Shown here: positions 1-8,783 of the stretch, in pieces
How positions within the stretch are numbered: the first letter of the stretch is position 1
Layout of the letters: every line of letters starts with the position of its first letter
Source of the DNA: Candidatus Rokuibacteriota bacterium
GTDB taxonomy: Bacteria > Methylomirabilota > Methylomirabilia > Rokubacteriales > DASRDR01
Direction: 5' to 3'
DNA length: 35,757 bases
Assembly: GCA_044866005.1 (NCBI GenBank)
Contig: JBIOTN010000064.1
Span: 1-35,757, forward strand
Program-made: the position numbers and the translations under genes
Notes under the pieces: model-generated
Database searches by the model: none
What the model was told of the DNA's origin: nothing
Seen by the model: only the letters and a program-made list of their open reading frames with translations

Positions 1-285
1 TTCAGCGTGGCGCTCAAAAGGGCCGAGATCACCCGCTTCCGGTTCCACGACCTGCGCCACACGTGCGCGTCGTGGCTCGTGATGGACGGGGCGTCGCTGA
101 TGGAGGTGAAGGAGTTGCTAGGCCACAAGACGCTCGCCATGACCCTCCGCTACGCGCACCTCGCCCCCGGGCGGCTCCGCGAGGCGGTCGGGCGGCTGGA
201 TAGGGTGTTCGGCACAGAGACGGCCGGGCTCAGCGCAGTTTCAGCGGCGATTGCGAATCCGCGTAGCGCGCAAGCCGCAACATAG
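1..285 (+). CDS. Tyrosine recombinase/phage integrase, C-terminal part (runs off left edge)
   Basis: Catalytic box FHDLRHT...LLGH....T.RYAH; stop TAG at 283-285. Confidence 0.93.
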   Translation, partial: FSVALKRAEITRFRFHDLRHTCASWLVMDGASLMEVKELLGHKTLAMTLRYAHLAPGRLREAVGRLDRVFGTETAGLSAVSAAIANPRSAQAAT

Positions 286-302
286 CGTAATATAAGGCGG
301 AT

Positions 303-377
303 GGCGGTGTAGCTCAGAGGCAGAGCAGGGGTCTCATAAGCCCTTTGTCGGAGGTTCGAGTCCTCCCACCGCCACCA
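303..377 (+). tRNA. tRNA with CAT anticodon, most likely elongator tRNA-Met
   Basis: Acceptor stem GGCGGTG/CACCGCC, D-arm TAGCTCAG..GG..AGAGC, anticodon arm GGGGT-CTCATAA-GCCCT, T-loop GGTTCGAGTCC, encoded ACCA end. The G1:C72 pair argues against initiator. Confidence 0.93.
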
Positions 378-471
378 CTCCCCTTCCGCCTCCCGCGTCG
401 CGCTCGGGTCCGCCGAGCCGCCGCGGGCGGCGACGCCGGCCGCGACCCGGCCCTCGCGCCACCGAGGGCGC

Positions 472-2037
472 TCACCGCCCGTCGCGACGCGCGTACACCT
501 CGATCGTCGGCGACACGAAATAGCCCTCGTACATCGGGTCGAGCCGCGAGTAAACGGGCGAGTTGAGATAGGGCGACGCGAACCGGCGCACGAGCTCGTA
601 GGGCAAGCGCCCCTGCCGGACGGTGTCCCACAGGGCCACGTTCTCGTCATGCTGGCGGTAGGCCCGGGCGTAGAGGAGGCTCGTGAGCACGACGTAATCG
701 GGGCGTCGCTTCGCCACGACGTCGAGCATCTGGCCGTATCCCGGGAGATAGATGACGCCGCCCGGCCCCGGGACCACGTGCGGCAGGTACCACTCGACGC
801 CGACGAGAAGGACGCTCCGCCCTTCCGCGACCCGGCGCTGGAGCCAGGGCGCCGCCCGCGTGCGCGTGTCGTGCGCGAAGCGGGCGGTCGTGGAGACGGT
901 GAAGGCCGCGGTGTAGGCGACGACCAGCGCGAGGGCGGCCCGGCTGGTCCAGCGGAGTCGCGGCCCGGCGCGCATCCCGGCGGCACACATGAGGGCCGGG
1001 GGAACCAGCAGTATCGGCTCGATGGGCAGATAGTATCGGAGCGGCACGAACGTCCAGCTCCCCGCGACGACGAAGTAGACGGCCGCGTAGCTCAGCGGGA
1101 CGAGGTAGACGCGACGTGGCCGGACCGCGACGTAGACGACCCCGGCGAGGACGGCGGCGTACAGCAAGGCGCCGAAGCTGAAGGGGAACGCCGCGGCCAG
1201 CTCGTAGACGTAGGGGTGGTACTGCCATCCCGGGGCCCCGAGGTTGAACCCGTAGTCCAGGGAGTGGACGTGCGCGTATTCCTGCTCGAACGCGGCCAGC
1301 GCCCTCCGCCACCGCAGCACGCTGTACGGCGACGTCACGAGCACGGCGCCGAGCGCCGCCCCGACGCCCAGCGCGCCGCGCCCGACCAGGCCGCTCGCGC
1401 TCAGGCGGCCTTCCCGGACGGCCAGCAGCCCGGCCGTGGCGACCGCGGTCGCCGCCAGCGCCCCGTTGAACTTCACGCCCACCGCTACGCCGACCAGCGC
1501 CGACGCGACGGCGAACGCGCGAGGCGTGGGGGTCTCGTAGGCCCGGACGGCGGCCGTGACCGCGGCGAGGGCCCAGAAGGCGAGCCCCACGTCCGTCGTC
1601 GCCATGTGGCTGTCCCACACGTGGAGGGGCATCAGCGCCAGGAACGCCGCGCCGATCGGCGCGGCCGGCCCCTCGGGCGCCAGCCGCCGCAGCAGCACGA
1701 AGAGAAGCGCGACGGTCCCGGCGCCGAGCAGGGCGTCGAGCCCGCGGCAGAGGAGGACGAGGCTCGCCTCGCTGATCCCCGGGTGGACGAGTCGCGCCAG
1801 GCCGCGCAGGAGCGCGAAGAGCTCGAACGTCAGACCGGAGTAGCTGTAGAAATGCGGGTCCCAGTCCTGCCAGGTCAGGCGCGCGGCGGTCCGCAGGACG
1901 AGCCGCTCGTCGGGATTGAAGTCCAGGCGCTCGGGAAGGCCCCAGCCGAGCCCCCACACCCGCAGCGCGACGCTTGTCAGGAGGATCGCGAGCAGGAGGC
2001 CGGGCTTCCGGCGTGCCGACCCTTCCGCGCCATCCAT
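472..2037 (-). CDS. ArnT/PMT-like (GT39/GT83) integral membrane glycosyltransferase
   Basis: N-terminal 'FNPDE' loop, many TM helices, 'DV', 'VKFNG' and 'RYYLP' motifs typical of GT-C enzymes; start placed at ATG 2037. Confidence 0.82.
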   Translation of the reverse strand: MDGAEGSARRKPGLLLAILLTSVALRVWGLGWGLPERLDFNPDERLVLRTAARLTWQDWDPHFYSYSGLTFELFALLRGLARLVHPGISEASLVLLCRGLDALLGAGTVALLFVLLRRLAPEGPAAPIGAAFLALMPLHVWDSHMATTDVGLAFWALAAVTAAVRAYETPTPRAFAVASALVGVAVGVKFNGALAATAVATAGLLAVREGRLSASGLVGRGALGVGAALGAVLVTSPYSVLRWRRALAAFEQEYAHVHSLDYGFNLGAPGWQYHPYVYELAAAFPFSFGALLYAAVLAGVVYVAVRPRRVYLVPLSYAAVYFVVAGSWTFVPLRYYLPIEPILLVPPALMCAAGMRAGPRLRWTSRAALALVVAYTAAFTVSTTARFAHDTRTRAAPWLQRRVAEGRSVLLVGVEWYLPHVVPGPGGVIYLPGYGQMLDVVAKRRPDYVVLTSLLYARAYRQHDENVALWDTVRQGRLPYELVRRFASPYLNSPVYSRLDPMYEGYFVSPTIEVYARRDGR

Positions 2038-2048
2038 GACCGGGCCCA

Positions 2049-2077
2049 ACGCTAGCGCCGCGGCCGGAGGAGGTCAA
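2049..2077 (-). promoter_or_regulatory. Putative sigma70 promoter of the glycosyltransferase
   Basis: TTGACC-17 nt-TAGCGT on the minus strand, just upstream of the ATG. Confidence 0.5.
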
Positions 2078-2186
2078 GACGCCAGCGCCCCGGAGAGCCC
2101 GCCCCACGCCGGCCGCGCCCGGCCAGGATTCGACCGCCCCCGGACCCGACGATCCGGAGGCGGTCGGCGACGGCCGCTCCGGCCGA

Positions 2187-2748
2187 TCAGCCGCCGGGCT
2201 GCACCTTGAGATCGTTCCGGACGGCACGCACCCCGGCCACCTGACGGGTGAGCTCGCTCGCGCGCTGCCGCATGCGGTCGTTGTCCACGGTGCCGCTGAG
2301 CCGGACGACGCCCTGACGCGTGTCGACGTCCACCTTCGTCAGCGTCGAGGCCTTCTCCCGGGCGAGCCGCGCCTTCACGGCCGTGGTGATCGAGGCGTCG
2401 CCCCAGTGCTTGCGCACCTTCTCGCCCCAGGCGCTGTCCGGGCTCTCGGGCCAGGGGTCACGCGTGAAGCTCGGCCCGCTCGAGCATCTCCTTGCTCACG
2501 TCGAGGACGACGGCGTCGATGTCGTTCTGCCCGATGACCGCGCTGCCGCGCCAGAGGCCGAGCCGTTTCGGGTCCTCGACCGGCTGGATCTTCTGCGATG
2601 CGGCCGGGCGGCTCGCCGCGGACCCTTCGTACCCGGGTTGCCTGGGCTGCGCGGGCTGGCTCGCCCGTCCGGCCTGCGCGAGCGCCTCCGGGGCGAGCGG
2701 CAAGCCGAGGACGGAGACCAGCGCGACGATGGCGCCCATTCGTCTCAC
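2187..2748 (-). pseudogene. Disrupted secreted PRC-barrel + BON-domain protein
   Basis: AGGAG RBS, GTG start and signal peptide; PRC ends 'GSAVIGQN' and 'VVLDVSKEMLERA' are present without the core. A frameshift near 2473 joins to 'PSFTRDPWPESPDSAWGEKVRKHWGDASITTAVKARL' and the BON domain (2187-2417). Confidence 0.72.
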
Positions 2749-2804
2749 GTCGATTCTCCTCGTTCCCGCCCGGGCGGGTGGGAGGTTGACGGTCCTCTGC
2801 TCCC

Positions 2805-3227
2805 TCACGCGCACACTTCCCGGAGCGTGTCCTGGACGAGCTGGCCGTTCTGGTAGACGCGCTCCTGCACCTGCCGGCACCCTCGCGAGCTCGGCGCGCC
2901 GTACGGGGCGGCCTCCACGCGCTGGAAGCCGTCCTCGCTCTGGTAGGCCACCGGCCGGTTCTCGGCCGCGGCCTCGCGCGCGGCCCGCGAGCGGATCTCC
3001 GTGAGGGTACCGCCGAGGACGGCGCCGAGCGCGCCGCCGATGAGGGCGCCGCGCCAGCGGTTGTTCTTGTCGATCAGCGCTCCGGCGCCGGCGCCGACCG
3101 CCCCGCCGATGCCCGCGCCCTCGTACGTGCGCGGGGTGGTCACGGTTTCACGGGGCAGCGAGGCGCACGCCGCGAGCCAGGTGCTCGCGAACGCCGCCAG
3201 CAGCAGCGATGTCAGCATTCGTCGCAT
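2805..3227 (-). CDS. Glycine-zipper lipoprotein (YMGG/17-kDa surface antigen-like)
   Basis: GAGGAG RBS, lipobox WLAAC, GxxxG zipper GAGIGGAVGAGAG...GALIGGALGAVLG, C-terminal C..C. Confidence 0.85.
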   Translation of the reverse strand: MRRMLTSLLLAAFASTWLAACASLPRETVTTPRTYEGAGIGGAVGAGAGALIDKNNRWRGALIGGALGAVLGGTLTEIRSRAAREAAAENRPVAYQSEDGFQRVEAAPYGAPSSRGCRQVQERVYQNGQLVQDTLREVCA

Positions 3228-3467
3228 CGTCGTCTCCTCTTCGCGTCGATCGGATTGCACGGGCCGCGTCGCGCCGGCCTGGCCGCTCGCGCCGAAGGCA
3301 TCGGGCCCGCGCAGCATGCGGCAGGCTCCAGGCCCGCCGGGGAGGGCGCGAGGGATATCCTGCTCGGGCCGCGGCGGCCGGCGAACGCCGGCACCCGGGT
3401 GAGGCATGTCAGGCGGGAAAGCCGCCGGACGGCGGCGCCTGCGCGCCACCGTCCGGCGACTCGGGCG

Positions 3468-3620
3468 TCAGGGAAGTGCGCGGCGGCCGCTGAGGAGCTG
3501 GACGACCAGCACGATCAGCGCGACGACGAGCAGCACGTGAATGAAGTTCCCGACCGTGTACCCACTCACGAGACCGAGCGCCCACGCAACGACCAGGATC
3601 AGGAAGATCGTCCACAGCAT
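3468..3620 (-). CDS. Small membrane protein, lmo0937-like family
   Basis: MLWTIFLILVVAWALGL...GNFIHVLLVVALIVLVVQLLSGRR matches the family pattern. Confidence 0.88.
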   Translation of the reverse strand: MLWTIFLILVVAWALGLVSGYTVGNFIHVLLVVALIVLVVQLLSGRRALP

Positions 3621-3657
3621 ACGGTGAAGCCTCGAGCTCCGAGCTCTGCCGCTCGGC

Positions 3658-3969
3658 CTAACTGCCCTGGACCTTGAGGTTGTTGACGACGTCCTTGACA
3701 CCCTTGACCTGCCGCGCCAGCTCGGCCGCTCGCGTCTTCATCGCCGCAGTGTCCACGTTCCCGTTCAGGTAGACCGTCCCGCGGTTCGTGTCGACGTCGA
3801 TCTTCGTCAGCGTCGAGATCTTCTCCCCGGCGAGCTTCGTCTTCACCGCGGCGGTGATCGAAGCGTCGTCGATGGTCTCGCCGGCCGTCTTCCCCGTCGT
3901 CGCCGCGCAGCCGACGAACAGGAACGCCAGCAACGCCACCAGAGAGATGGAGCGAAGTGCGTACGACAT
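3658..3969 (-). CDS. BON-domain (OsmY-like) lipoprotein
   Basis: AGGAGG RBS, lipobox FVGC, 'IDDASITAAVKTKL...IDVDT..GTVYLNG.V...V.GVKDVVNNL'. Confidence 0.92.
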   Translation of the reverse strand: MSYALRSISLVALLAFLFVGCAATTGKTAGETIDDASITAAVKTKLAGEKISTLTKIDVDTNRGTVYLNGNVDTAAMKTRAAELARQVKGVKDVVNNLKVQGS

Positions 3970-4082
3970 GCCCTGACCTCCTTGTGATCCCCATCCGTCC
4001 CGGTTGCACTCAACGGATGTCGCAATCGGTGCCGGCGCCCGGGACGTCCCGCCCGGCACGAAACTACACCGGTCAACGCCAG

Positions 4083-4098
4083 TGCAAGCCCGATGCCT
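4083..4098 (-). promoter_or_regulatory. Putative sigma54 promoter of the BON/lmo0937 cluster
   Basis: AGGCATCGGGCTTGCA = GG-N10-GC with TTGCA. Confidence 0.62.
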
Positions 4099-4263
4099 GC
4101 TGAATGCGGTCCGGGCCGTCCGGCGCGAGGAGGGCCAGTCACCGGGCTCGCCGGACGGGGGCGCCGGACCGGCCGCGACGCCCACGGCCCGCGTGGCAGG
4201 CGCGAGACAGAGTGTCGCTTCCCGCGACGACCGGGCGGGGAAATGCGCCGGCGCGGGGCGGCC

Positions 4264-4292
4264 TTGACACCCGGGTCGGGAAGCGATGTAAT
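4264..4292 (+). promoter_or_regulatory. Putative sigma70 promoter
   Basis: TTGACA-17 nt-TGTAAT, about 250 nt upstream of the ATG at 4548. Confidence 0.55.
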
Positions 4293-4547
4293 TTGCCCGA
4301 CTTCGGGACCACGCGGGATCGCTGTTCCACCCCTGCTCGGCATTCGCGAGGGAGCCATGCGGGCGCCCTGTGAAACGCGGACGGCGCGGCCCCGAGCCGC
4401 GCACCCTGCGCGGTCCACCCGCGCCGCCGGCGCCGTCCTTGCGGCTGGCGCGCGCGCCCGGTCCCACACCGCCCGGTTCCCGGCGCCCCGCGGAAGCCCG
4501 CCGGCGCTCCGCAGCCCACACGCGTGCAGGCCACAAGGGAGGAGTCC

Positions 4548-5249
4548 ATGGCGCTGCTGACGTTCGAGGGATGGCTGTTCCTGCTCCGGTGGTTCCACTT
4601 CCTGTCCGGCATCACCTGGATCGGCCTGCTCTACTACTTCAACTTCGTGCAGACGCCGTTCTTCGCGGAGACGGAGCCCCCGGTGCGCAGCGGCGCGGTC
4701 CAGAAACTGGTGCCGCGCGCTCTCTGGTGGTTCCGCTGGGCCGCCATGGTGACCTTCCTCACCGGCTGGTTGATCGTCATGCACCGGATGGGACAGGGCG
4801 GGTTCTTCGCCGGCTCCTACGGCTGGGCCATCCTGCTGGGAGGCCTGCTCGGGTCGGTGATGTGGGCGAACGTCTGGTTCGTGATCTGGCCCAACCAGAA
4901 GATCGTGATCCAGAACGCCATCGACACCGCGGCGGGTCGACCGGCGAACCAGGCGGCCACCCCGGCCGGCGCGCGGGCCGGCCTCGCCTCGCGGACCAAC
5001 ACGCTGCTCTCGGTGCCGATGCTCTTCTACATGGGCGCGGCCAGCCACCTGACGGGCCTGCCGATCCCCCGCTCCGGTGCCGCGTTCTGGATCGTGGCGC
5101 TCGTCATCCTCGCCGTGGTCGAGCTCAACGCCCTGGCCGGGAAGCCGGGCACGGCGACGACCAAGCCGCTCGCGACGGTGTCGGGCACGCTCTGGGCGGG
5201 GTTCGTCCTGGCGCTGATCTACTACGTCCTCTTCGAAGTCATGCGGTAG
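4548..5249 (+). CDS. Urate hydroxylase PuuD N-terminal-like (DUF989) membrane protein, no cytochrome c domain
   Basis: RWFHFLSGITWIGLLYYFNFVQ, LWWFRW.A..T..TG, MWANVWFVIWPNQK, ASRTNT.LS.PM motifs; GGAGGAG RBS. Confidence 0.8.
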   Translation: MALLTFEGWLFLLRWFHFLSGITWIGLLYYFNFVQTPFFAETEPPVRSGAVQKLVPRALWWFRWAAMVTFLTGWLIVMHRMGQGGFFAGSYGWAILLGGLLGSVMWANVWFVIWPNQKIVIQNAIDTAAGRPANQAATPAGARAGLASRTNTLLSVPMLFYMGAASHLTGLPIPRSGAAFWIVALVILAVVELNALAGKPGTATTKPLATVSGTLWAGFVLALIYYVLFEVMR

Positions 5250-5250
5250 G

Positions 5251-5285
5251 GAGGCACCGGGGGGGTCTTCCGGGGCCCCCGGAGG
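5251..5285. repeat. Degenerate copy of the GGAGGGGGCC..GGCCCCCTCC hairpin repeat between convergent genes; possible terminator
   Basis: Minus strand CCGGGGGCCCCGGAAGACCCCCCCGGTGCCTCCC resembles the 17883 and 19551 copies. Confidence 0.45.
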
Positions 5286-5287
5286 GC

Positions 5288-5632
5288 TCAGCGGAGGTAG
5301 GCCGCGAGGTCCGGGATCTGGGACGCGACCTGCGGCATGGGCTGCATGACCGCGCTGTCGCGCTTGGGCGTGTAACCCGGCGGGTACGCGCCGCGCAGGA
5401 TGCGGGCCTCGAGGAGCTCACGGCTGGCGCCCTTGATGGGCGGGCCGAGCGGGCCGTTCCTCGTCGGATCGTCGGCGTGGCAGCTGATGCAGTACGCGAG
5501 GTAGGCCTGCCGGCCGCGGCCCGGGTCTCCCGCGCCTGCCGTCGGTTGCCCTGCCTTCCGGCCTTCCCCGTCCCCGCAGGCCGCCAGCGCCAGGGCGCAG
5601 AGGACCGCCGCCCAGCCTCGTCCGCGCCTCAT
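5288..5632 (-). CDS. Monoheme c-type cytochrome lipoprotein
   Basis: Lipobox LAAC, CISCH heme motif, distal MQPM; start overlaps the DUF3501 stop (ATGA). Confidence 0.88.
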   Translation of the reverse strand: MRRGRGWAAVLCALALAACGDGEGRKAGQPTAGAGDPGRGRQAYLAYCISCHADDPTRNGPLGPPIKGASRELLEARILRGAYPPGYTPKRDSAVMQPMPQVASQIPDLAAYLR

Positions 5633-6222
5633 CCGTCCCGCAGGTCCTCGAGGAGCGCCGCGCGCGTCTCGGGAGCGAGGCGGGCGCGGGCCCGATAGTT
5701 CGGGTGCCCGACGACGAGCGTCACCGGCTCCCGGGCGAAGGCCCGGCGTGCCGGCTCGGGCACGGCAAAACGTACGAAGTGCACGGCGGCGATCTTGTCA
5801 TCCCGGGAGTGGCCTGCCTCGAACCGTCCGGGGACGCGCCAGACGCGCTCCCCCTCCCCGATCTCGAGCCACACGTGCTCCCCCGCGTCGATACCCATGA
5901 AGCGGTCGAGCTCGGCCTTGATCCGCTCCCGGTCCTCGATCTCGATCATCAAGGTCGCGGAGAGCTCGCCGGGAGCGGGGATGAGCTCGTTGTACACGTC
6001 GATCTCGTCCTGCACCCGGTCGTCCGCGACGATCCGCTCGGTCCGGATCATCTCCTGGATCTGAAAGAGGACCGTCCGCCGGTTCTCGAAGAGGACGCTC
6101 AGCCGGTCGCCGACCGCCACGCGGCGGCGCGCCTTCAGCGCGATGATCTCCCGGCGGAAGGCCTCGCGGACCTTCTCGTACTCGTAGAGGTTCTTGACGT
6201 CGTCGAACCGGATCTTCTCCAT
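5629..6222 (-). CDS. DUF3501 family protein
   Basis: YEKVR..FR..II.LK..RRV.VG, FENR.TV.FQIQEMIR.E, YNELIP..GELSATL.IE, AVHFVRF; rubrerythrin context. Confidence 0.9.
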   Translation of the reverse strand: MEKIRFDDVKNLYEYEKVREAFRREIIALKARRRVAVGDRLSVLFENRRTVLFQIQEMIRTERIVADDRVQDEIDVYNELIPAPGELSATLMIEIEDRERIKAELDRFMGIDAGEHVWLEIGEGERVWRVPGRFEAGHSRDDKIAAVHFVRFAVPEPARRAFAREPVTLVVGHPNYRARARLAPETRAALLEDLRDG

Positions 6223-6271
6223 CCTCGTCAGTCCGTCAATTCTCGCCGGGCGACGCTCGTCGGCACGGCGC

Positions 6272-7543
6272 TCAATCCGTCGGGAGGCCGTAGGCCTCGG
6301 CCAATACCTCGATGGGGTGACGTGGCCGCTGGCCCACGCCCCGCGTGATCTGGAGACCCGCCAGCGGGCAATCCGTCGCCATCCGCGCCGGGCCGGCCGC
6401 CGTCATGTCGCGAAAGAGCGGTTCCGCCACCCGCATCGAGAGCCGGTAGTATTCGCGCTTGAAGCCCCAGGTCCCGTCGACCCCCGAGCAGCGCTCGACC
6501 ACCTCGACCTCCGCGCCGGTGAGGCGCAACACGTCGGCCGACTTCGTGCCCAGGTTCTGCGCCTTCAGGTGGCAAGGAAGGTGGTAGGCGATCCGGCCGG
6601 GGTTGGCCTTGAACCGGACGTCGAGCCGCCGCGCCGCGTGGAGGCGTGCCAGGTACTCGAAGAGATCGCGCGTCCGCCCCGCGACCAGCGCCGCCGTCTC
6701 CCGGTCCTCGGCGAGCCAGGGCCACTCCTGCTTCATCATGTAGGAGCACGTCGGGCCCGGGACGACGAGCTCACGGCCCTCGCGGACCGCCGCGCCCAGG
6801 CTCCGCACGTTTTCGTCGACGAGCCGCCGCGCCTCGCTCACGCCCCCGCCGTCCAGGAAGGGCATGCCGCAGCAGCGCTGCGGCGGAAGCGCGACGTCGA
6901 TCCCGTTGTGCCGGAGGACCCGCACCGTGGCCCGCCCCACGGCGGGACTGTAGTACTCGACCGGACAGGTCGCGAAGAGCGCGACGCGGCCGCCGGACGC
7001 CGCGGCGCCGGCGGCGGGCTCTCTGGCGAACCACCGGCTGAACGTCTCCCTCTGGAAGCGCGGCAGGTTCCGGTCCTGGTGGATCCCCAGGGCGGCGTGC
7101 ATGACCAGCCGGAGGATCCGGCGCGCGTTGAGCCAGTTCGAGACCGCCGCCGTGGCGCTCCCCAGCCGCCCCACGAGATCGGCGTGGCCCAGGATGCGGT
7201 CCTGGAGGCTCATGCCGCCGCGCTCCCGGGTCGCGACCGCACGGGTCCGCAGCATCAGGCGCGGGAAATCGACCATCCAGCGGTGCGGCGGGGTGTAGGG
7301 GCAGTGGTTGTAGCAGAGCTTGCACTGGTAGCAGAGGTCCACGACTCGCCCGATGTCCGTCCCCGCCAGCCGCTCGGCGTCGCCGTCCACCTCGGCGCGG
7401 TCGAGTGACCCGATCAGGTCCTTGAACGAGGGGCAGAGCGGCAGGCACCGCCGGCAGCCGTTGCAGACGTCGAACACCCGCCGGAGCTCGCGGTCCACCG
7501 CCTCGCGGCTCCAGAACTCGGGCGCGCGGATGTCGAAGCTCAT
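6272..7543 (-). CDS. Rubrerythrin-associated Fe-S oxidoreductase (GlpC/Hdr-like, CCG domains)
   Basis: CNGCRRCLPLCP and CYQCKLCYNHCP 4Fe-4S motifs, CCGMP, CSGVDGTWG, TDCPLA. Confidence 0.9.
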   Translation of the reverse strand: MSFDIRAPEFWSREAVDRELRRVFDVCNGCRRCLPLCPSFKDLIGSLDRAEVDGDAERLAGTDIGRVVDLCYQCKLCYNHCPYTPPHRWMVDFPRLMLRTRAVATRERGGMSLQDRILGHADLVGRLGSATAAVSNWLNARRILRLVMHAALGIHQDRNLPRFQRETFSRWFAREPAAGAAASGGRVALFATCPVEYYSPAVGRATVRVLRHNGIDVALPPQRCCGMPFLDGGGVSEARRLVDENVRSLGAAVREGRELVVPGPTCSYMMKQEWPWLAEDRETAALVAGRTRDLFEYLARLHAARRLDVRFKANPGRIAYHLPCHLKAQNLGTKSADVLRLTGAEVEVVERCSGVDGTWGFKREYYRLSMRVAEPLFRDMTAAGPARMATDCPLAGLQITRGVGQRPRHPIEVLAEAYGLPTD

Positions 7544-7568
7544 CGCTGAGCCGCACGAATGCCGGCCG

Positions 7569-7701
7569 GCGGGTGGCGCCGGCGCCGCCGCGCGGCCGGG
7601 GCGAAGTGGGACCCCTTCACGCTTCTCCCGCAGGCGCCGGCCTGCGGGAGGGCGGGAACGGGTGACGGAGCCCGGGACGCGGGCAAGCCGGCGACAGGCC
7701 C
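7569..7701. repeat. Structured intergenic repeat, copy A (CGTC-type REP/MITE-like)
   Basis: Shares GCGGGTGGCGCCGGCGC, GGCGwAGTGGGACCC and GAACGGGTGACGGAGCCCGG with 35640-35750; long hairpin. Confidence 0.8.
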
Positions 7702-7720
7702 TGCCGGCCGGCGTGCGAGG

Positions 7721-8167
7721 CTAGATCGCTTCCGCGGGCTCCTTGCCCGCGATCGCCTGGTGGCCCTTGGTGAACCGGCCCGCGTGCGACTTCTCGGCCT
7801 TCGCCAGCGTCTCGAACCACTCGGCGAGCTCCGAGAACCCCTCTTCGCGCGCAGTCTTGGCCATGCCGGGGTACATCTGCGTGTACTCGTACGTCTCGCC
7901 CTCGACCGCGGAGCGCAGGTTCTTCTCCGTCCGGCCGATGGGCTGGTCGGTCACCGGGTCGCCGACTTCCTTGAGGAAGTCGAGGTGCCCGAAGGCATGG
8001 CCGGTCTCCGCCTCCGCGGTGTCGCGGAAGAGACCGCCGATGTCCGGATAGCCCTCGATGTCGGCGGCGCGCGCGAAGTAGAGATAGCGGCGGTTCGCCT
8101 GAGACTCGCCGGCGAAGGCCTCCTTGAGATTCGCGTGGCTCTTCGTGCCCTTGAGCGACTTGGCCAT
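7721..8167 (-). CDS. rbr: Rubrerythrin, short type lacking the rubredoxin domain
   Basis: [41 protein letters not shown] diiron motifs; no C-terminal CxxC pairs. Confidence 0.95.
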   Translation of the reverse strand: MAKSLKGTKSHANLKEAFAGESQANRRYLYFARAADIEGYPDIGGLFRDTAEAETGHAFGHLDFLKEVGDPVTDQPIGRTEKNLRSAVEGETYEYTQMYPGMAKTAREEGFSELAEWFETLAKAEKSHAGRFTKGHQAIAGKEPAEAI

Positions 8168-8201
8168 GGTCCCTCCTGGGTTGTCCTGGTCGTCGAGGTC
8201 G

Positions 8202-8756
8202 TTATCGAGAGGCGGCCCGGCGGCCTCGGCCGGCGGGCCGGCGAGCGCGGCGGCGCGTGCAGCCGCCGCACAACCCGTAGAAGTCGATGCGATGATACGC
8301 CACCCGGAACCCCGTACGCGCCGCGACGCGGGCGTCGAGCCGCGCGTCCACCGGCTCGTCGAGGTCGAAGATCCGCCCGCATGCCGAGCAGGTGAAGTGA
8401 TGATGGCGGTGCACCCGCGCGTCGAAGCGGACGCTCGGCCCGGACTGGATCTCCGCGAGGAGCCCGCGTCGCGCCAGCACTCTCAGGTTGCGGTAGACCG
8501 TGCCGAGGCTCACGCGCGGCAGGCGCCGGCGTACCACCTCGTGAACCGACTCGGCGGTGGGGTGGGCGTCCGTGTTCCGGACGGCGGCGAGGATGAAACG
8601 TCGCTGGTCGGTGAGTCGAAGCCCGCGCCGCGCCAGGTCGGCCCGCAGGCGGCGATCGGCGCCGGCCGGCGAGGCGGCCGCTCCGCGCCCGCCTGCCCGA
8701 GCCGATCCCGGCTCGCCGCTCCACCCGCCGCCGATCATCGCGCCGTGTCCCCGCAT
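8202..8756 (-). CDS. perR: Fur-family regulator, PerR-like (start may be 8738)
   Basis: HPTAE, SLGTVYRNL, RFD...HHHFTCSAC..IFD, CGGC; first gene of the rubrerythrin operon. Confidence 0.85.
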   Translation of the reverse strand: MRGHGAMIGGGWSGEPGSARAGGRGAAASPAGADRRLRADLARRGLRLTDQRRFILAAVRNTDAHPTAESVHEVVRRRLPRVSLGTVYRNLRVLARRGLLAEIQSGPSVRFDARVHRHHHFTCSACGRIFDLDEPVDARLDARVAARTGFRVAYHRIDFYGLCGGCTRRRARRPAGRGRRAASR

Positions 8757-8760
8757 CGAG

Positions 8761-8783
8761 TTAGGAATGAGAATCGTTCCTAA
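8761..8783. promoter_or_regulatory. Fur/Per-type operator overlapping the predicted transcription start
   Basis: AT-rich palindrome TTAGGAA-TGAGAATCG-TTCCTAA with a Fur-box-like core AATGAGAATCGTT. Confidence 0.75.

Noticed and set aside
303..377. tRNA-Ile2 or initiator tRNA-fMet
   Set aside because: Paired G1:C72 and no run of three G:C pairs closing the anticodon stem argue against fMet. The GGCGGTG acceptor stem fits elongator Met better; Ile2 is not formally excluded.
3296..3311. AGGCATCGGGCCCGCG, similar to the 4083-4098 sigma54 motif
   Set aside because: Lacks TT before the GC and points away from the adjacent gene start.
7561..7615. Resemblance to the HDV ribozyme (TGGCGCCGGC...GGCGAAGTGGGAC)
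   Set aside because: No upstream GTCCCA to form P2 and no P3/L3 segment in either copy; the GGGACCC pairs better within the downstream hairpin.
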